DNA of 40,903 bases, from the IMG/VR virus record IMGVR_UViG_3300032295_001731, positions 1 to 40,903 of that record. One strand, 5' to 3'. The notes beneath the pieces were generated by a model, which was not told the DNA's origin, did no database searches, and was given only the letters and a program-made list of their open reading frames with translations. Shown here piece by piece: positions 1-9,140 of this stretch (position 1 is its first letter; every line of letters begins with the position of its first letter). Source of the stretch: a virus. Taxonomy: Duplodnaviria; Caudoviricetes. Made by a program: the position numbers and the translations under genes.

Positions 1-626
1 TTTGAGTAGTCAAGTCTTGGGATGTTAAGTCTTGTTTCCGTTTTTTGGTAGTCTTTAGCGGTTGAACCTTCGACAAGTTGAGCTCCCCAAATGTAATAAT
101 CAACACCAAGTTGTAAGCCCGAATAGCTTATAAACAAATTACTTCCAATGGTTACATTATGAGTAAAACTAACTCTTTGCCATTCGGTAGTTAAATTGAA
201 AACTTGACCAAATACTCCCGCACCAATATCATTAAAATCAATACTAATTGTGGTAGCGGCACTTGCTTTTACATAAAAACTTAACGTGTATGTTCCAACT
301 GCAACGGGTAAACTTTTATAAGCATAGCCATTAGCAAAGTTCGCAACTACTTTTGCGGCAGTCATTGTGCCATTAGGAGCAGTTGTAAAGTTGTTGGTAG
401 TTGTACTTGTTCCGTCATTACCCCAAGAAGTTATAAAATTCTCGCTATTTGTGTTTAGGTTATAAGGCACTAACTCCACCAAGCCAGCAGAGTTTACTCG
501 TGTTGCGGTGGTCGCTCGTGTTACTGACAAGTCGCCAGAACCATCCGACGGAATAACGGAATAAAGTTTGCCCTCCTTATATCCGTTTGGCGTTACACAA
601 ATACTAGCCTGCGTTAATAAACTCAT
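1..626 (-). CDS. Tail fibre / receptor-binding protein with carbohydrate-binding-like beta domain; runs off the left edge, not in ORF track
   Basis: Manual translation from ATG at 626: MSLLTQASICVTPNGYKEGKLYSVIPSDGSGDLSVTRATTATRVNSAGLVE...TYTLSFYVKA...LTTEWQRVSFT...YIWGAQLVEGSTAKDYQKTETRLNIPRLDYS, open to the window end; motifs typical of Bacteroidota phage fibre proteins. Confidence 0.75.
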   Translation of the reverse strand, partial: MSLLTQASICVTPNGYKEGKLYSVIPSDGSGDLSVTRATTATRVNSAGLVELVPYNLNTNSENFITSWGNDGTSTTTNNFTTAPNGTMTAAKVVANFANGYAYKSLPVAVGTYTLSFYVKASAATTISIDFNDIGAGVFGQVFNLTTEWQRVSFTHNVTIGSNLFISYSGLQLGVDYYIWGAQLVEGSTAKDYQKTETRLNIPRLDYS

Positions 627-1326
627 ATCTTTCTAATTTTATAAAGTTAGTTTTATTCTTGCAGTATCCATTAAGCATAGCAGATAAAGTAGTATATTTC
701 ATACCGATACTATTAGCGGCTTCTTTCATTGTATTATAAATTACGTTATTTTCCAAATCAAGTATTTTTTTAGCTGCTGGGTTATTTGCTCCGCTGATAG
801 CCTTAGCTTGCTTCAAACGTGATTCTTTAGTAATAATCTGCAAAGCTCTTTTTTCTCTTATTAATGTTTTGGCTTCTTCCGTGTGAGTCTTACCTTTAAA
901 AGTGCTTACTTTTCCTTTTTTAGATTCAGATAATTTTCTGCACCATTCAGCATTTCTTATCATTCCAACTGGAATAGTTCTTACTCCTCTTCTTCTTTCT
1001 GAAAGTTTCTTTCTGACCTCAGGAGTGACATTTATAGTTCCTTCACCACCATCTGTTAAATTACACAAAATGCCTGTTCCTATATCTTTCCTGCCATATT
1101 CTTTTATTAAAAGCATCTCTAAATCTATAGCATCTTCTAATGATAAATTTTCAGCTAATATTTCAATAGAATATCCATGCTTAGAAACAATATTTTTCCA
1201 GTATGCACTTCGTTTACTTTTTGTATAAGGCCTGCTTTTTGTACCAATACCTACATAAAATACAGACCCATCATCACCTCTACTATGTCTATACACCAAT
1301 TTATCAGATGCTCCTTGAAGGCTCAT
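604..1326 (-). CDS. GIY-YIG homing endonuclease with NUMOD3/NUMOD1-like DNA-binding tail
   Basis: VYRH...FYVGIG, R, E and NLTDGGEG catalytic pattern; KLSE/HTEEAK NUMOD3-like repeats; C-terminal YNTMKEAANSIG HTH. Confidence 0.88.
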   Translation of the reverse strand: MSLQGASDKLVYRHSRGDDGSVFYVGIGTKSRPYTKSKRSAYWKNIVSKHGYSIEILAENLSLEDAIDLEMLLIKEYGRKDIGTGILCNLTDGGEGTINVTPEVRKKLSERRRGVRTIPVGMIRNAEWCRKLSESKKGKVSTFKGKTHTEEAKTLIREKRALQIITKESRLKQAKAISGANNPAAKKILDLENNVIYNTMKEAANSIGMKYTTLSAMLNGYCKNKTNFIKLERYEFINAG

Positions 1327-1487
1327 AATAAATTCCTTAATATGTTATACATACAGTTATCAGATTCAAATACTCCCCCATCAGAAGATACCCTGTATCC
1401 AAATGAATAAACTTGGAACCTAGGAAGATCCAGCTCTATACCAGGATTAGATCCTAGATTAGGCAAAAGATTGATAGACCTTTTCAT
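1323..1487 (-). CDS. Small virion/tail-associated hypothetical protein (54 aa)
   Basis: ATG at 1487 lies just after the upstream stop at 1489; RVSSDGGVFE..C motif; ATGA overlap with the next gene. Confidence 0.55.
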   Translation of the reverse strand: MKRSINLLPNLGSNPGIELDLPRFQVYSFGYRVSSDGGVFESDNCMYNILRNLL

Positions 1488-1488
1488 A

Positions 1489-2016
1489 TTAATCAATCCA
1501 AAGTACAATTAATTCAGCACCAGGAGTGGTTGTATCGTAAGAAAAATTACTTGCAGGGAAATAGTTAGTTGGATCCCCAGCATCAAAATTAATAGTTTCT
1601 CCTGGTTTCAATACAACTCCATTAACTAAAGCATTAGCAGTACCAACACTAGAAAATGATATTCTGTTAACAGAAGGGCCTATCACTGATGTTGTTCCAG
1701 ATAATCTATTAAAATTAGGGCTTCTTTGCTCTCCCACAGGATTAACTGTTCCTGTAGATGCAATCCATCCAGAAATATCATTTACAGCTTGAGAAACACC
1801 TGTAACAGTATCTGTCCAAGATACTTGATTGTCAATGTCAGACATATACAAACGAAGAGAGTTGTTCTTATCGTTAGCAATAAAGTTGATTGCAACATAG
1901 TATCCTTTAGAATCAAGTGCCCAAGAAATACCCTTGAATGTATCATATTGATAGTACTCAATAAGAGTAGATGTGGTAATCTTAAGTTGTGAGTTTGTGT
2001 TAGTAACTTGTATCAT
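1489..2016 (-). CDS. Tail-associated beta-rich structural protein
   Basis: 175-aa Ser/Thr/Asn-rich ORF inside the tail cluster, tightly packed. Confidence 0.55.
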   Translation of the reverse strand: MIQVTNTNSQLKITTSTLIEYYQYDTFKGISWALDSKGYYVAINFIANDKNNSLRLYMSDIDNQVSWTDTVTGVSQAVNDISGWIASTGTVNPVGEQRSPNFNRLSGTTSVIGPSVNRISFSSVGTANALVNGVVLKPGETINFDAGDPTNYFPASNFSYDTTTPGAELIVLWID

Positions 2017-2026
2017 TTCTTATGTA

Positions 2027-2581
2027 TTAAGTAGTAATTCGTAAATAATAGCAGTCGTTTGCTTTTCTTCCATTGGCATCCGTAATTCTAACCTTAACCA
2101 AGGCATCGCTAGTAGCTACTGTAGGAGTTAAAGTAACCGAAGATGATGTTGATGATCCAGAGATATTAATTTGAGCTCTAGAATCTTGAATAAACCACTG
2201 ATAAGTATATGGAGCAACACCACCTGTTGGGGTAGCTAATAATGTATTTGAACCAGTTTTAGTTACATCAACGTATACCTGAGAACTATTGAGTGTAGTT
2301 AATGTAGTAAGAATAGCATTGATTACCTGCTGAATAGAATACGTACCAGCAGAAAGACCAATTGGATTAGGCGTAGTGATTACAACACTAATCATAGAAT
2401 CCAACTCGTTTACCATATTGGTAGTATAAGCCTCAAGCAAGGCTAGAATATCATTTAAGGAAGCTCCACAAGGAACCTCCAATACGTTTAGTTGTCCATC
2501 AAATACCGTGATGTCTGATGTCTTATTAGGACAGTTATCAGAACAAGAACAGCTTTTGCTTCCGCAGTTAGTACAGCTCAT
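2027..2581 (-). CDS. Tail-associated protein, Cys-rich N-terminus and C-terminal Ig/SprB-like domain
   Basis: MSCTNCGSKSCSCSDNC start; ATPTGGVAPYTYQW...VKVRITDANG is an SprB/PKD-like Ig repeat signature. Confidence 0.65.
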   Translation of the reverse strand: MSCTNCGSKSCSCSDNCPNKTSDITVFDGQLNVLEVPCGASLNDILALLEAYTTNMVNELDSMISVVITTPNPIGLSAGTYSIQQVINAILTTLTTLNSSQVYVDVTKTGSNTLLATPTGGVAPYTYQWFIQDSRAQINISGSSTSSSVTLTPTVATSDALVKVRITDANGRKANDCYYLRITT

Positions 2582-2584
2582 ATC

Positions 2585-3520
2585 TTAACAGTTACAGTTT
2601 TCATTCAAATTATTCATCAAGCATTGTTCTGTCTCTTCACAGATTACTCCATATGGTAAACAATGCAATACATCCATTATTAAATGTTGTTTCATTAAGT
2701 CAGTCCATTCAGGCCCACATTTAAATCCAAACAACTCTTTGCTACGAATAGCAGAAATACCATCAACAAGTTGGTACTTCTTTTTCTTGATAAAGTTACT
2801 AAATCTTGGTGTATAATAATTACAACAGTCAAAACACTCAGCTCCTGTTACAGAGAATCTTGTGAAATCACCTGACGTATCATATGGTCCAAATGGACAT
2901 TCGGTAGTAACATCTACCTTAGTCATAAATACACCTGTATCACCAAGTTCTTCTGATACATACCACTCATCTAAGTTGAACCAAATGTAGTAAGTAAATG
3001 GCTCGTCACCTGCGTAAATAGTGAACGAGTAGTAAGGATAACCGTTGTAAGCCAATGTGTTGCCATACTCATCCTTTGCGATGTTAGCAGTGGCAGTATA
3101 GTCATCACCTAAATAAGTTAATGCTACATTCAAACTCTCATCACAGCATCCGCAATCTACAGAACGAACCTTAATAGAGTAAGTAGATGAAACATCTGAA
3201 GTAAGTATCCAATCACAATCACTAATAGGACAAATAGATGTACCATCAAAACGACCAAATACAACCGCAGCATCACCATCATTATACGACAACTGCCACT
3301 CTGTAGATCCACTACTATAAGAAATAGTAAGAGGAGATGTGGCTGGAGGATTAAATGCTGTATCCTCAGTTGTCTCAAAGAAAACATTTGTTCCGTCAGT
3401 ATATGTATTGAATACTATAGACTCAATAAGTATACCGTCATCATAGATATCCATGATAACACCACATAGGCAATTAGATACCTCAGTGCAGTTGGGAGTG
3501 TGATTACAGTTACAAGCCAT
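2585..3520 (-). CDS. Cys-rich tail hub / fibre-attachment protein (putative)
   Basis: 311 aa, Cys clusters at both termini and internally; position between cargo genes and fibres. Confidence 0.5.
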   Translation of the reverse strand: MACNCNHTPNCTEVSNCLCGVIMDIYDDGILIESIVFNTYTDGTNVFFETTEDTAFNPPATSPLTISYSSGSTEWQLSYNDGDAAVVFGRFDGTSICPISDCDWILTSDVSSTYSIKVRSVDCGCCDESLNVALTYLGDDYTATANIAKDEYGNTLAYNGYPYYSFTIYAGDEPFTYYIWFNLDEWYVSEELGDTGVFMTKVDVTTECPFGPYDTSGDFTRFSVTGAECFDCCNYYTPRFSNFIKKKKYQLVDGISAIRSKELFGFKCGPEWTDLMKQHLIMDVLHCLPYGVICEETEQCLMNNLNENCNC

Positions 3521-4269
3521 TAGTTACAGCAACAAAGTGATTTAAGTATATCCATATGCTTCTGAGCGTTAGTCCAATCAAAAGCACAAGCAGCGAATTC
3601 AAGTCCATCCATTACCACTCGCATCTTCATAGCCTTCATAAAAGATTTGTTGTCACACATATCTTTACAAGGAGCAGATTCCATTCCACAGAACGCATCA
3701 GCTACAGCTTGACGATAACAGTTCTCAATAGAAATGCAGGTAATTACAATAGTCTGTGAAGTACAGTAACGGGTATCACTGCAATCACTAGTATCAGTAT
3801 AAACAGACCAATAAGTGTGGTTCGTATCAAGAGCAGGATCAATATCAGTAGAAGAACTAACAGCTTGGTACAATACGCCATTGCGGAGTACGATAGGCTT
3901 AAGAAACGCTTGATAGAATACATCATCTCGCCAATTAGGATAAGTACATAATTCTACTTTCCATAGTCCATCCTCATCAGTATTCGTAAATGAATATGAA
4001 AAAGTATTGTTTGAAATATTGTGAGGTGGAATGGTGAAATCCCTATTAGCAATATCCGATGTAGCCATAATGTAAGTACTACCGTCACCACGAGTAATAG
4101 TAATAGTACGGCTAGTAAAGTCAGTAGACTCATGTCCCGGAAGATCATTAGTCGAGTAGTTAGAAGTATCTTTAAAAGTGATCTTCTTGCAGTCACATGA
4201 TACCTCAAGTGAACTACATGAGTTTACTAGTAATGAGGCTTTAAATGGGTTGTTAATAGGTGTTGCCAT
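3520..4269 (-). CDS. Putative tail hub protein with inserted CBM5/12-like (chitin-binding type) module
   Basis: WRDDVFY...IVLRNGVLYQAVSSST..DP....W resembles the CBM5/12 pattern; ends SLCCCN; TAATG coupling with next gene. Confidence 0.55.
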   Translation of the reverse strand: MATPINNPFKASLLVNSCSSLEVSCDCKKITFKDTSNYSTNDLPGHESTDFTSRTITITRGDGSTYIMATSDIANRDFTIPPHNISNNTFSYSFTNTDEDGLWKVELCTYPNWRDDVFYQAFLKPIVLRNGVLYQAVSSSTDIDPALDTNHTYWSVYTDTSDCSDTRYCTSQTIVITCISIENCYRQAVADAFCGMESAPCKDMCDNKSFMKAMKMRVVMDGLEFAACAFDWTNAQKHMDILKSLCCCN

Positions 4270-4284
4270 TTTTAGTTATTGTTA

Positions 4285-4292
4285 CAAATTTA
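4285..4292 (-). promoter_or_regulatory. Bacteroidota sigmaA -7 box (TAAATTTG)
   Basis: Matches TAnnTTTG, 15 nt upstream of ATG at 4269. Confidence 0.65.
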
Positions 4293-4320
4293 AGTTTTAT
4301 TTAATTGTCAACTTTTTAGG

Positions 4321-7300
4321 TTACCAGTTCTCTTCTGTTTCAGTACTTTTAAGGTCTTCCTTCATCTCTGGCTCGTATGTAGGTTTTTTATTTCCTGGTG
4401 TTTCTTTTGGAATATAATCCTCTCCAAATATATTTTTAAATATGTAGTCTTTTTTATTTCTTGCTTTAGCATATTCAAAGTAATCCTTCTCGTAACCCAT
4501 AAATGCATCAATAAACGACTTGTTACCTTTATAGTATTCTGCGAAATCTTCAGCTTGCTTAACCAAGTTCTTAACGCCTAAAACTTTAAGAGCATCTTTT
4601 CTTTGCTTAGGAGTCATCTTTCTCCATATTGATGCATTTTCATATAGCTCCATTAATTTAAGGTATTCCTCTTGACTATATGTGAGGTTCTTCTCATCTC
4701 CAATTTCCTCAAGGAATCTTTCTCTTTCTTTAGTATCGATGTCTTTGTTCCAATCATCTTTAGATAAAGCCTCAATAACTGCACCGCCTGTACTCATTAT
4801 TGTATTGAAGAATTGAGTTAATGGAACATTGTTTTTCCATTCATCCCCCCTAGCAGCATTTATGATTCCATCTACAATAAATCCAGGCACTCCAAATCCT
4901 TGTAGTGTAGACTGTACTTGGTCAACAAACAAGTCGTATCCTACTCTTGTTTCTTCATCAAACTCTTGTTCATCATCGTCTTTCTTAAATACAGCATAAC
5001 CTGCATTAGAAATTAAGTTAAATAGAATACTACTAAGAACAGAGTAATAAACTATATCGTAGTAAGCTTGTATTTTCTGTTTATCTGTTGAAGATTCATT
5101 ATTCAATGTTCTGAATCCTTTAACTATTTTTCTAGCACCACCAATTTGTGATGATTTGTAAGAACTAAACATCCTACCTACAGTACTTCTTTGGAAGCTA
5201 GAAACGTAATCTTCTCTAGATGTTTGCTGTGTTTCTTCTACGCCCTCAACGAATTTCTTAAATGCATAGTCTTTAGCTTCAGCTTCACCCATTCCTTGAG
5301 CCAATGCATCTCTATATCTTGCAATGGCATACGATCCACCTCCACCAAGTGGAGACACGTTAGCTAAGAAGTCAGCGTTACCAGCTACAGCCATAGCTAC
5401 TCTAGAAACTTTAGACCACCATTTAGCAGAATTTCCTTTTTTAGATTCATCAAATAATCGCTTTAATTCTAGGTCAAGGTTCTTACCTGTTCTACGTTCT
5501 TTTAAGTACTCACTAAAGAAAACGTCCTTATAGAATTCCCACTCTGCTTTAGTCTTAGGGAATGCGGTTATAATTTGTTTAGGACTAATTCCATCTTCAA
5601 TCCCTTGACCCCAGAAGTTGGTAAATGAAACCAACTGAGTAGGTAATGATTTTAATTTGAATCCAAGAGTTATCAATGAGTTATAATTCATAAACTCATC
5701 CATAACTGCTTCGCCTCTTTTCTTAATAGGTCTTTTACCTGTAAGAATAATTCCTAATTGAGTTTGAAGATCAGACAAATCTTGAGCTGTCATTTTGTCA
5801 AGAATGTATGGTCTGTTTTGTTGGGCAAATAATTGATTTGCAGCCTTAGCTACAGGAATCAAATACTTGGCTCTTTCCATATTTTTGATATAGTCAAAGA
5901 ATATTTCCTCAGCACCCATTGAAGTGTTAAACGCACCTTGATAACCAGTCTTTTGCTTCAAGTTATTTGTCATCGCATTTAACGCCAAGAAGTTATTGTC
6001 AGCATCAAATATATCGCCTTCACTAAATGTGTCATCATCAAAATTAGCATCAGCATAAGCAGGGTAGTAGTAGCCTTCTGGGAATGGCATATTATTTACT
6101 GCTATAAAAGTAGGCTCGTAATCAGATTTGAAGCTTTCGTATTGCTCAACTAAGAAGTTAGCATAGTCTTTTAAATCTTGATTTGACTCAATGTAATCAA
6201 CTAGATCCTGAGCATCTACACCTGATTTCTCAAGTCTACTCATTCCATTCTCTAGTCTTGACATATTGTACAATGATACAAGAACTGAATTAGACACAGG
6301 AACTCCTTGCTTTCTACTTTCTCTTAGTGGATTAATATCAGCATCAGCTGTTAATCTTTTTTGAGCAGCATCTTTACTTCCAAAGATTTCATTTAGACCT
6401 TCAAAATATCTATCTGCTTTTTCCTTGAATGAATTCTCAACATCAACAAAGTAATCTTTAATAGGTTGAGATATATTCTCTTTAATGAACTTAGCTGTCT
6501 TAGGTGCTCCTTTGCCAATTACTTGGAAGTATCCATATATGTTATCAAGTATTCCTGATCTTTTTATGGATTCTTTTAATCTTGTAGCTCTACCTTTCTT
6601 CTCTGAGATTATTCTTTTTTTCTCACTCATGTTTACCTTAGTGTATCCTTTTGCAGGACCAGGTATAGGTTCAGGATCTACATTCTTATTGTATGGGCTA
6701 GAGTTGTAAGAACTCTTATTGTACATCTTACCATCAATAATCACGTATCCACCCTGACCTTCAAAGAAAGTTGAAACAGCTTCGTTATCGCTTAATATAG
6801 CATCAGGCTTTCCAGCTAATTCTTCTAGCATATCGGCAGCATTTCTCATTTTGATATCATCTTGAATTTTCTTCAAATTCTTAAGATCAGCCTTACCTGT
6901 TTCTACGATGCCATCTATAATGTCGCTAACCTCATTAAGTTCTTCCATTGACATTGACTCTATGTCAGATAAAGTGCCTACGAAGTCATAGAATTCTTTC
7001 TGAGCTTCTACTGTAACCTTACCTTTTTTCTTGCCGTCAACTTTAGAATATAAAGTCTTGCTGTTTTTAATTTTGCCAATGACTTCTTTTACTTTTTTCT
7101 TTCTGATTTGCTCATTTTTTCTTTGAACTAATTCAGAAACTTTATCTATTGCCCTATCTAATGTAGCTTCATTTTTAGCTCTATTAACGGCATTAATCAA
7201 ATAGTTCACTTCTGTTCTAGAATACTGCTCCTTAGGAAGCGTATCCTTGATGAATTTTTTGATTTCTTCTTTTATTCCTTGAACGTACTTCACTGCATCT

Positions 7301-8670
7301 TTAGAAGATTTAGCTTCAGTTCTCAGCTTTTGTTTAAGAGCATCCATCTCTTTCATTGAGATGATTTTGTTGTCACGAGTTACACCAGTAGCCTCATCAA
7401 CTTTACCTTTGAATTCCTTACCTGCTTTCTTTTGTTTTCCGGTAAGTTTTTCTTCATTCAGGGATGTCTCGATACCACGAGTTAAATCATCAATATATCG
7501 CTTCTTCTCAGCTCTATCTTTAAGAGATTTGTAGAAATCAGTCTTTTTGAATGCGGCCTGTGCGGCAGCAATACCTTTTTGTACAGCATCAACTGTAACA
7601 CCTGCGGCTTCAACAGCTTTAGCGGCAGCCTCTACTGATGCATTCCAAGCTTCTGTAAAACCAGGAAGGGATGACATTGCCATACCCTTAGTGTCAATTT
7701 TACCATTTCTAATCTTTTCAGCTAATGCTTCGTATGATTTTGGTTTTTTAGATTTATCTGCATCGTCTAATTCATCTAAATCTGATATTCTATCTTCTAA
7801 TTTATCAGCTTCATTTTGAAGAGATTCCATCTCACCAATAATGGATTTTTGCTCATCAGAAAGATAATCGTTTAATTCAATACCTTCTGATTTAAGAAGT
7901 TCTCTTTGTTTATCTATAGACTCTAAGCTATGTCCATTAGCGAACATACCATATTCATCTTTTGTCTTCTTAAGCCTTTCTTCCAGGTCAGGCATCTTAT
8001 TGTCATAAATATCATCAAGTTGATTTTGAACTGAAGACATTTCTTTTTCCGTAGAGGAAACACTTTCTGCTTCTAATTTAGAACCATTCTTAATAGAGTC
8101 TAATAACTCAGGAGCTTCTTCAAATTGTTTTGTATCAGAATTGTATTTCCAAACCTTTGTTACGTTGTTTCTATCAGCACTAGATCCGGCAGACATATTT
8201 TCTCCACCTTTAATATCAATGCCTCCAAATTCAACCATGACCTTGCCTTCTCCACCGAATTTAGAAGAAGACTCAGGAATGCCTGAAATCCAATTACCAC
8301 CTTTTGGTGCGCCACCTTCATATTTCTTTTCTCCAGATGCTAATGAGTTAAATTCATCAGTTCCCATTGTTCTCCATCCAAAGCTTGTATTTTGAGCTAA
8401 TTCAGGTTTAGAGAATAGATTATCGTTAGGATTGAATCCACTTGACTTTAATTCAGGACTCTGTCCCATCTTGCCAAACTTACTTCCCTTAAGATTGTAT
8501 GATTCAGCTCTAGCAGATTCTGGTTTGAATCCTCTTAAAGCAGGAATAGATATTCCAGACTCAATAAAGAATTTATCTAAAAGTCCATCATTAAGTGCTT
8601 TCTTAAATTCAGCCTCTGACATCCAAGTGTCTTGACCTGGCAATTGGTATTTACAGGGTTTTTTAGCCAT
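4321..8670 (-). CDS. Large virion cargo / DNA ejection protein (1449 aa)
   Basis: Very large, helical, Lys/Glu-rich, single Cys; position after the nozzle gene as in podovirus internal virion proteins; no RNAP DFDxD motif seen. Confidence 0.65.
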   Translation of the reverse strand: MAKKPCKYQLPGQDTWMSEAEFKKALNDGLLDKFFIESGISIPALRGFKPESARAESYNLKGSKFGKMGQSPELKSSGFNPNDNLFSKPELAQNTSFGWRTMGTDEFNSLASGEKKYEGGAPKGGNWISGIPESSSKFGGEGKVMVEFGGIDIKGGENMSAGSSADRNNVTKVWKYNSDTKQFEEAPELLDSIKNGSKLEAESVSSTEKEMSSVQNQLDDIYDNKMPDLEERLKKTKDEYGMFANGHSLESIDKQRELLKSEGIELNDYLSDEQKSIIGEMESLQNEADKLEDRISDLDELDDADKSKKPKSYEALAEKIRNGKIDTKGMAMSSLPGFTEAWNASVEAAAKAVEAAGVTVDAVQKGIAAAQAAFKKTDFYKSLKDRAEKKRYIDDLTRGIETSLNEEKLTGKQKKAGKEFKGKVDEATGVTRDNKIISMKEMDALKQKLRTEAKSSKDAVKYVQGIKEEIKKFIKDTLPKEQYSRTEVNYLINAVNRAKNEATLDRAIDKVSELVQRKNEQIRKKKVKEVIGKIKNSKTLYSKVDGKKKGKVTVEAQKEFYDFVGTLSDIESMSMEELNEVSDIIDGIVETGKADLKNLKKIQDDIKMRNAADMLEELAGKPDAILSDNEAVSTFFEGQGGYVIIDGKMYNKSSYNSSPYNKNVDPEPIPGPAKGYTKVNMSEKKRIISEKKGRATRLKESIKRSGILDNIYGYFQVIGKGAPKTAKFIKENISQPIKDYFVDVENSFKEKADRYFEGLNEIFGSKDAAQKRLTADADINPLRESRKQGVPVSNSVLVSLYNMSRLENGMSRLEKSGVDAQDLVDYIESNQDLKDYANFLVEQYESFKSDYEPTFIAVNNMPFPEGYYYPAYADANFDDDTFSEGDIFDADNNFLALNAMTNNLKQKTGYQGAFNTSMGAEEIFFDYIKNMERAKYLIPVAKAANQLFAQQNRPYILDKMTAQDLSDLQTQLGIILTGKRPIKKRGEAVMDEFMNYNSLITLGFKLKSLPTQLVSFTNFWGQGIEDGISPKQIITAFPKTKAEWEFYKDVFFSEYLKERRTGKNLDLELKRLFDESKKGNSAKWWSKVSRVAMAVAGNADFLANVSPLGGGGSYAIARYRDALAQGMGEAEAKDYAFKKFVEGVEETQQTSREDYVSSFQRSTVGRMFSSYKSSQIGGARKIVKGFRTLNNESSTDKQKIQAYYDIVYYSVLSSILFNLISNAGYAVFKKDDDEQEFDEETRVGYDLFVDQVQSTLQGFGVPGFIVDGIINAARGDEWKNNVPLTQFFNTIMSTGGAVIEALSKDDWNKDIDTKERERFLEEIGDEKNLTYSQEEYLKLMELYENASIWRKMTPKQRKDALKVLGVKNLVKQAEDFAEYYKGNKSFIDAFMGYEKDYFEYAKARNKKDYIFKNIFGEDYIPKETPGNKKPTYEPEMKEDLKSTETEENW

Positions 8671-8671
8671 G

Positions 8672-9139
8672 TTATTTTGCTAGTTCTTGATCGATGAAAA
8701 TAGGTTCGTTGGTTCTGCTTAAGCGTGCAATTAAATCACCGTACTCGCCAACGCTTTCAGTTTGTATTTCTAAAAAATGGTGAATCAAAGCTTGCATCTT
8801 AGGACTAGCCTTTTTGTATGCGTCTTCGTATTTACCAAGTAAATCCATTTCCATTTCAATTGCTAACTCAAATGCCTCCATTAAATCTTCGACATCTACA
8901 GAAACAGCGTCTAGAGCACGAACTTCAATCTGCTCATTCATATCGTTCATAAAAGTCTCAAGCTTACCAAAATGCTCACGCTCACTGTTAGACTCTTCTA
9001 AAAAGAATTTCTCAGCACCAAAGAATCCAATTGTCTTCATGCTGTTAGATAAGTGCAAATAAGTGTGACTAGCCTTTAGCTCTTCATGACCAAGTGCATT
9101 GATCATTTCAACTTCCTGATCTGTAAGTAGTTTTTTCAT
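8672..9139 (-). CDS. ftn: Ferritin (non-heme, FtnA-like)
   Basis: Ferroxidase ligands spaced as in FtnA: E20, Y27, E53, H56, E97, Q126; GF.GAEKFF and FIDQEL segments; 155 aa. Confidence 0.9.
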   Translation of the reverse strand: MKKLLTDQEVEMINALGHEELKASHTYLHLSNSMKTIGFFGAEKFFLEESNSEREHFGKLETFMNDMNEQIEVRALDAVSVDVEDLMEAFELAIEMEMDLLGKYEDAYKKASPKMQALIHHFLEIQTESVGEYGDLIARLSRTNEPIFIDQELAK

Positions 9140-9140
9140 A

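Noticed and set aside
604-1326. Group I intron around the GIY-YIG gene
   Set aside because: The ORF overlaps intact genes on both sides, leaving no room for intron core structure
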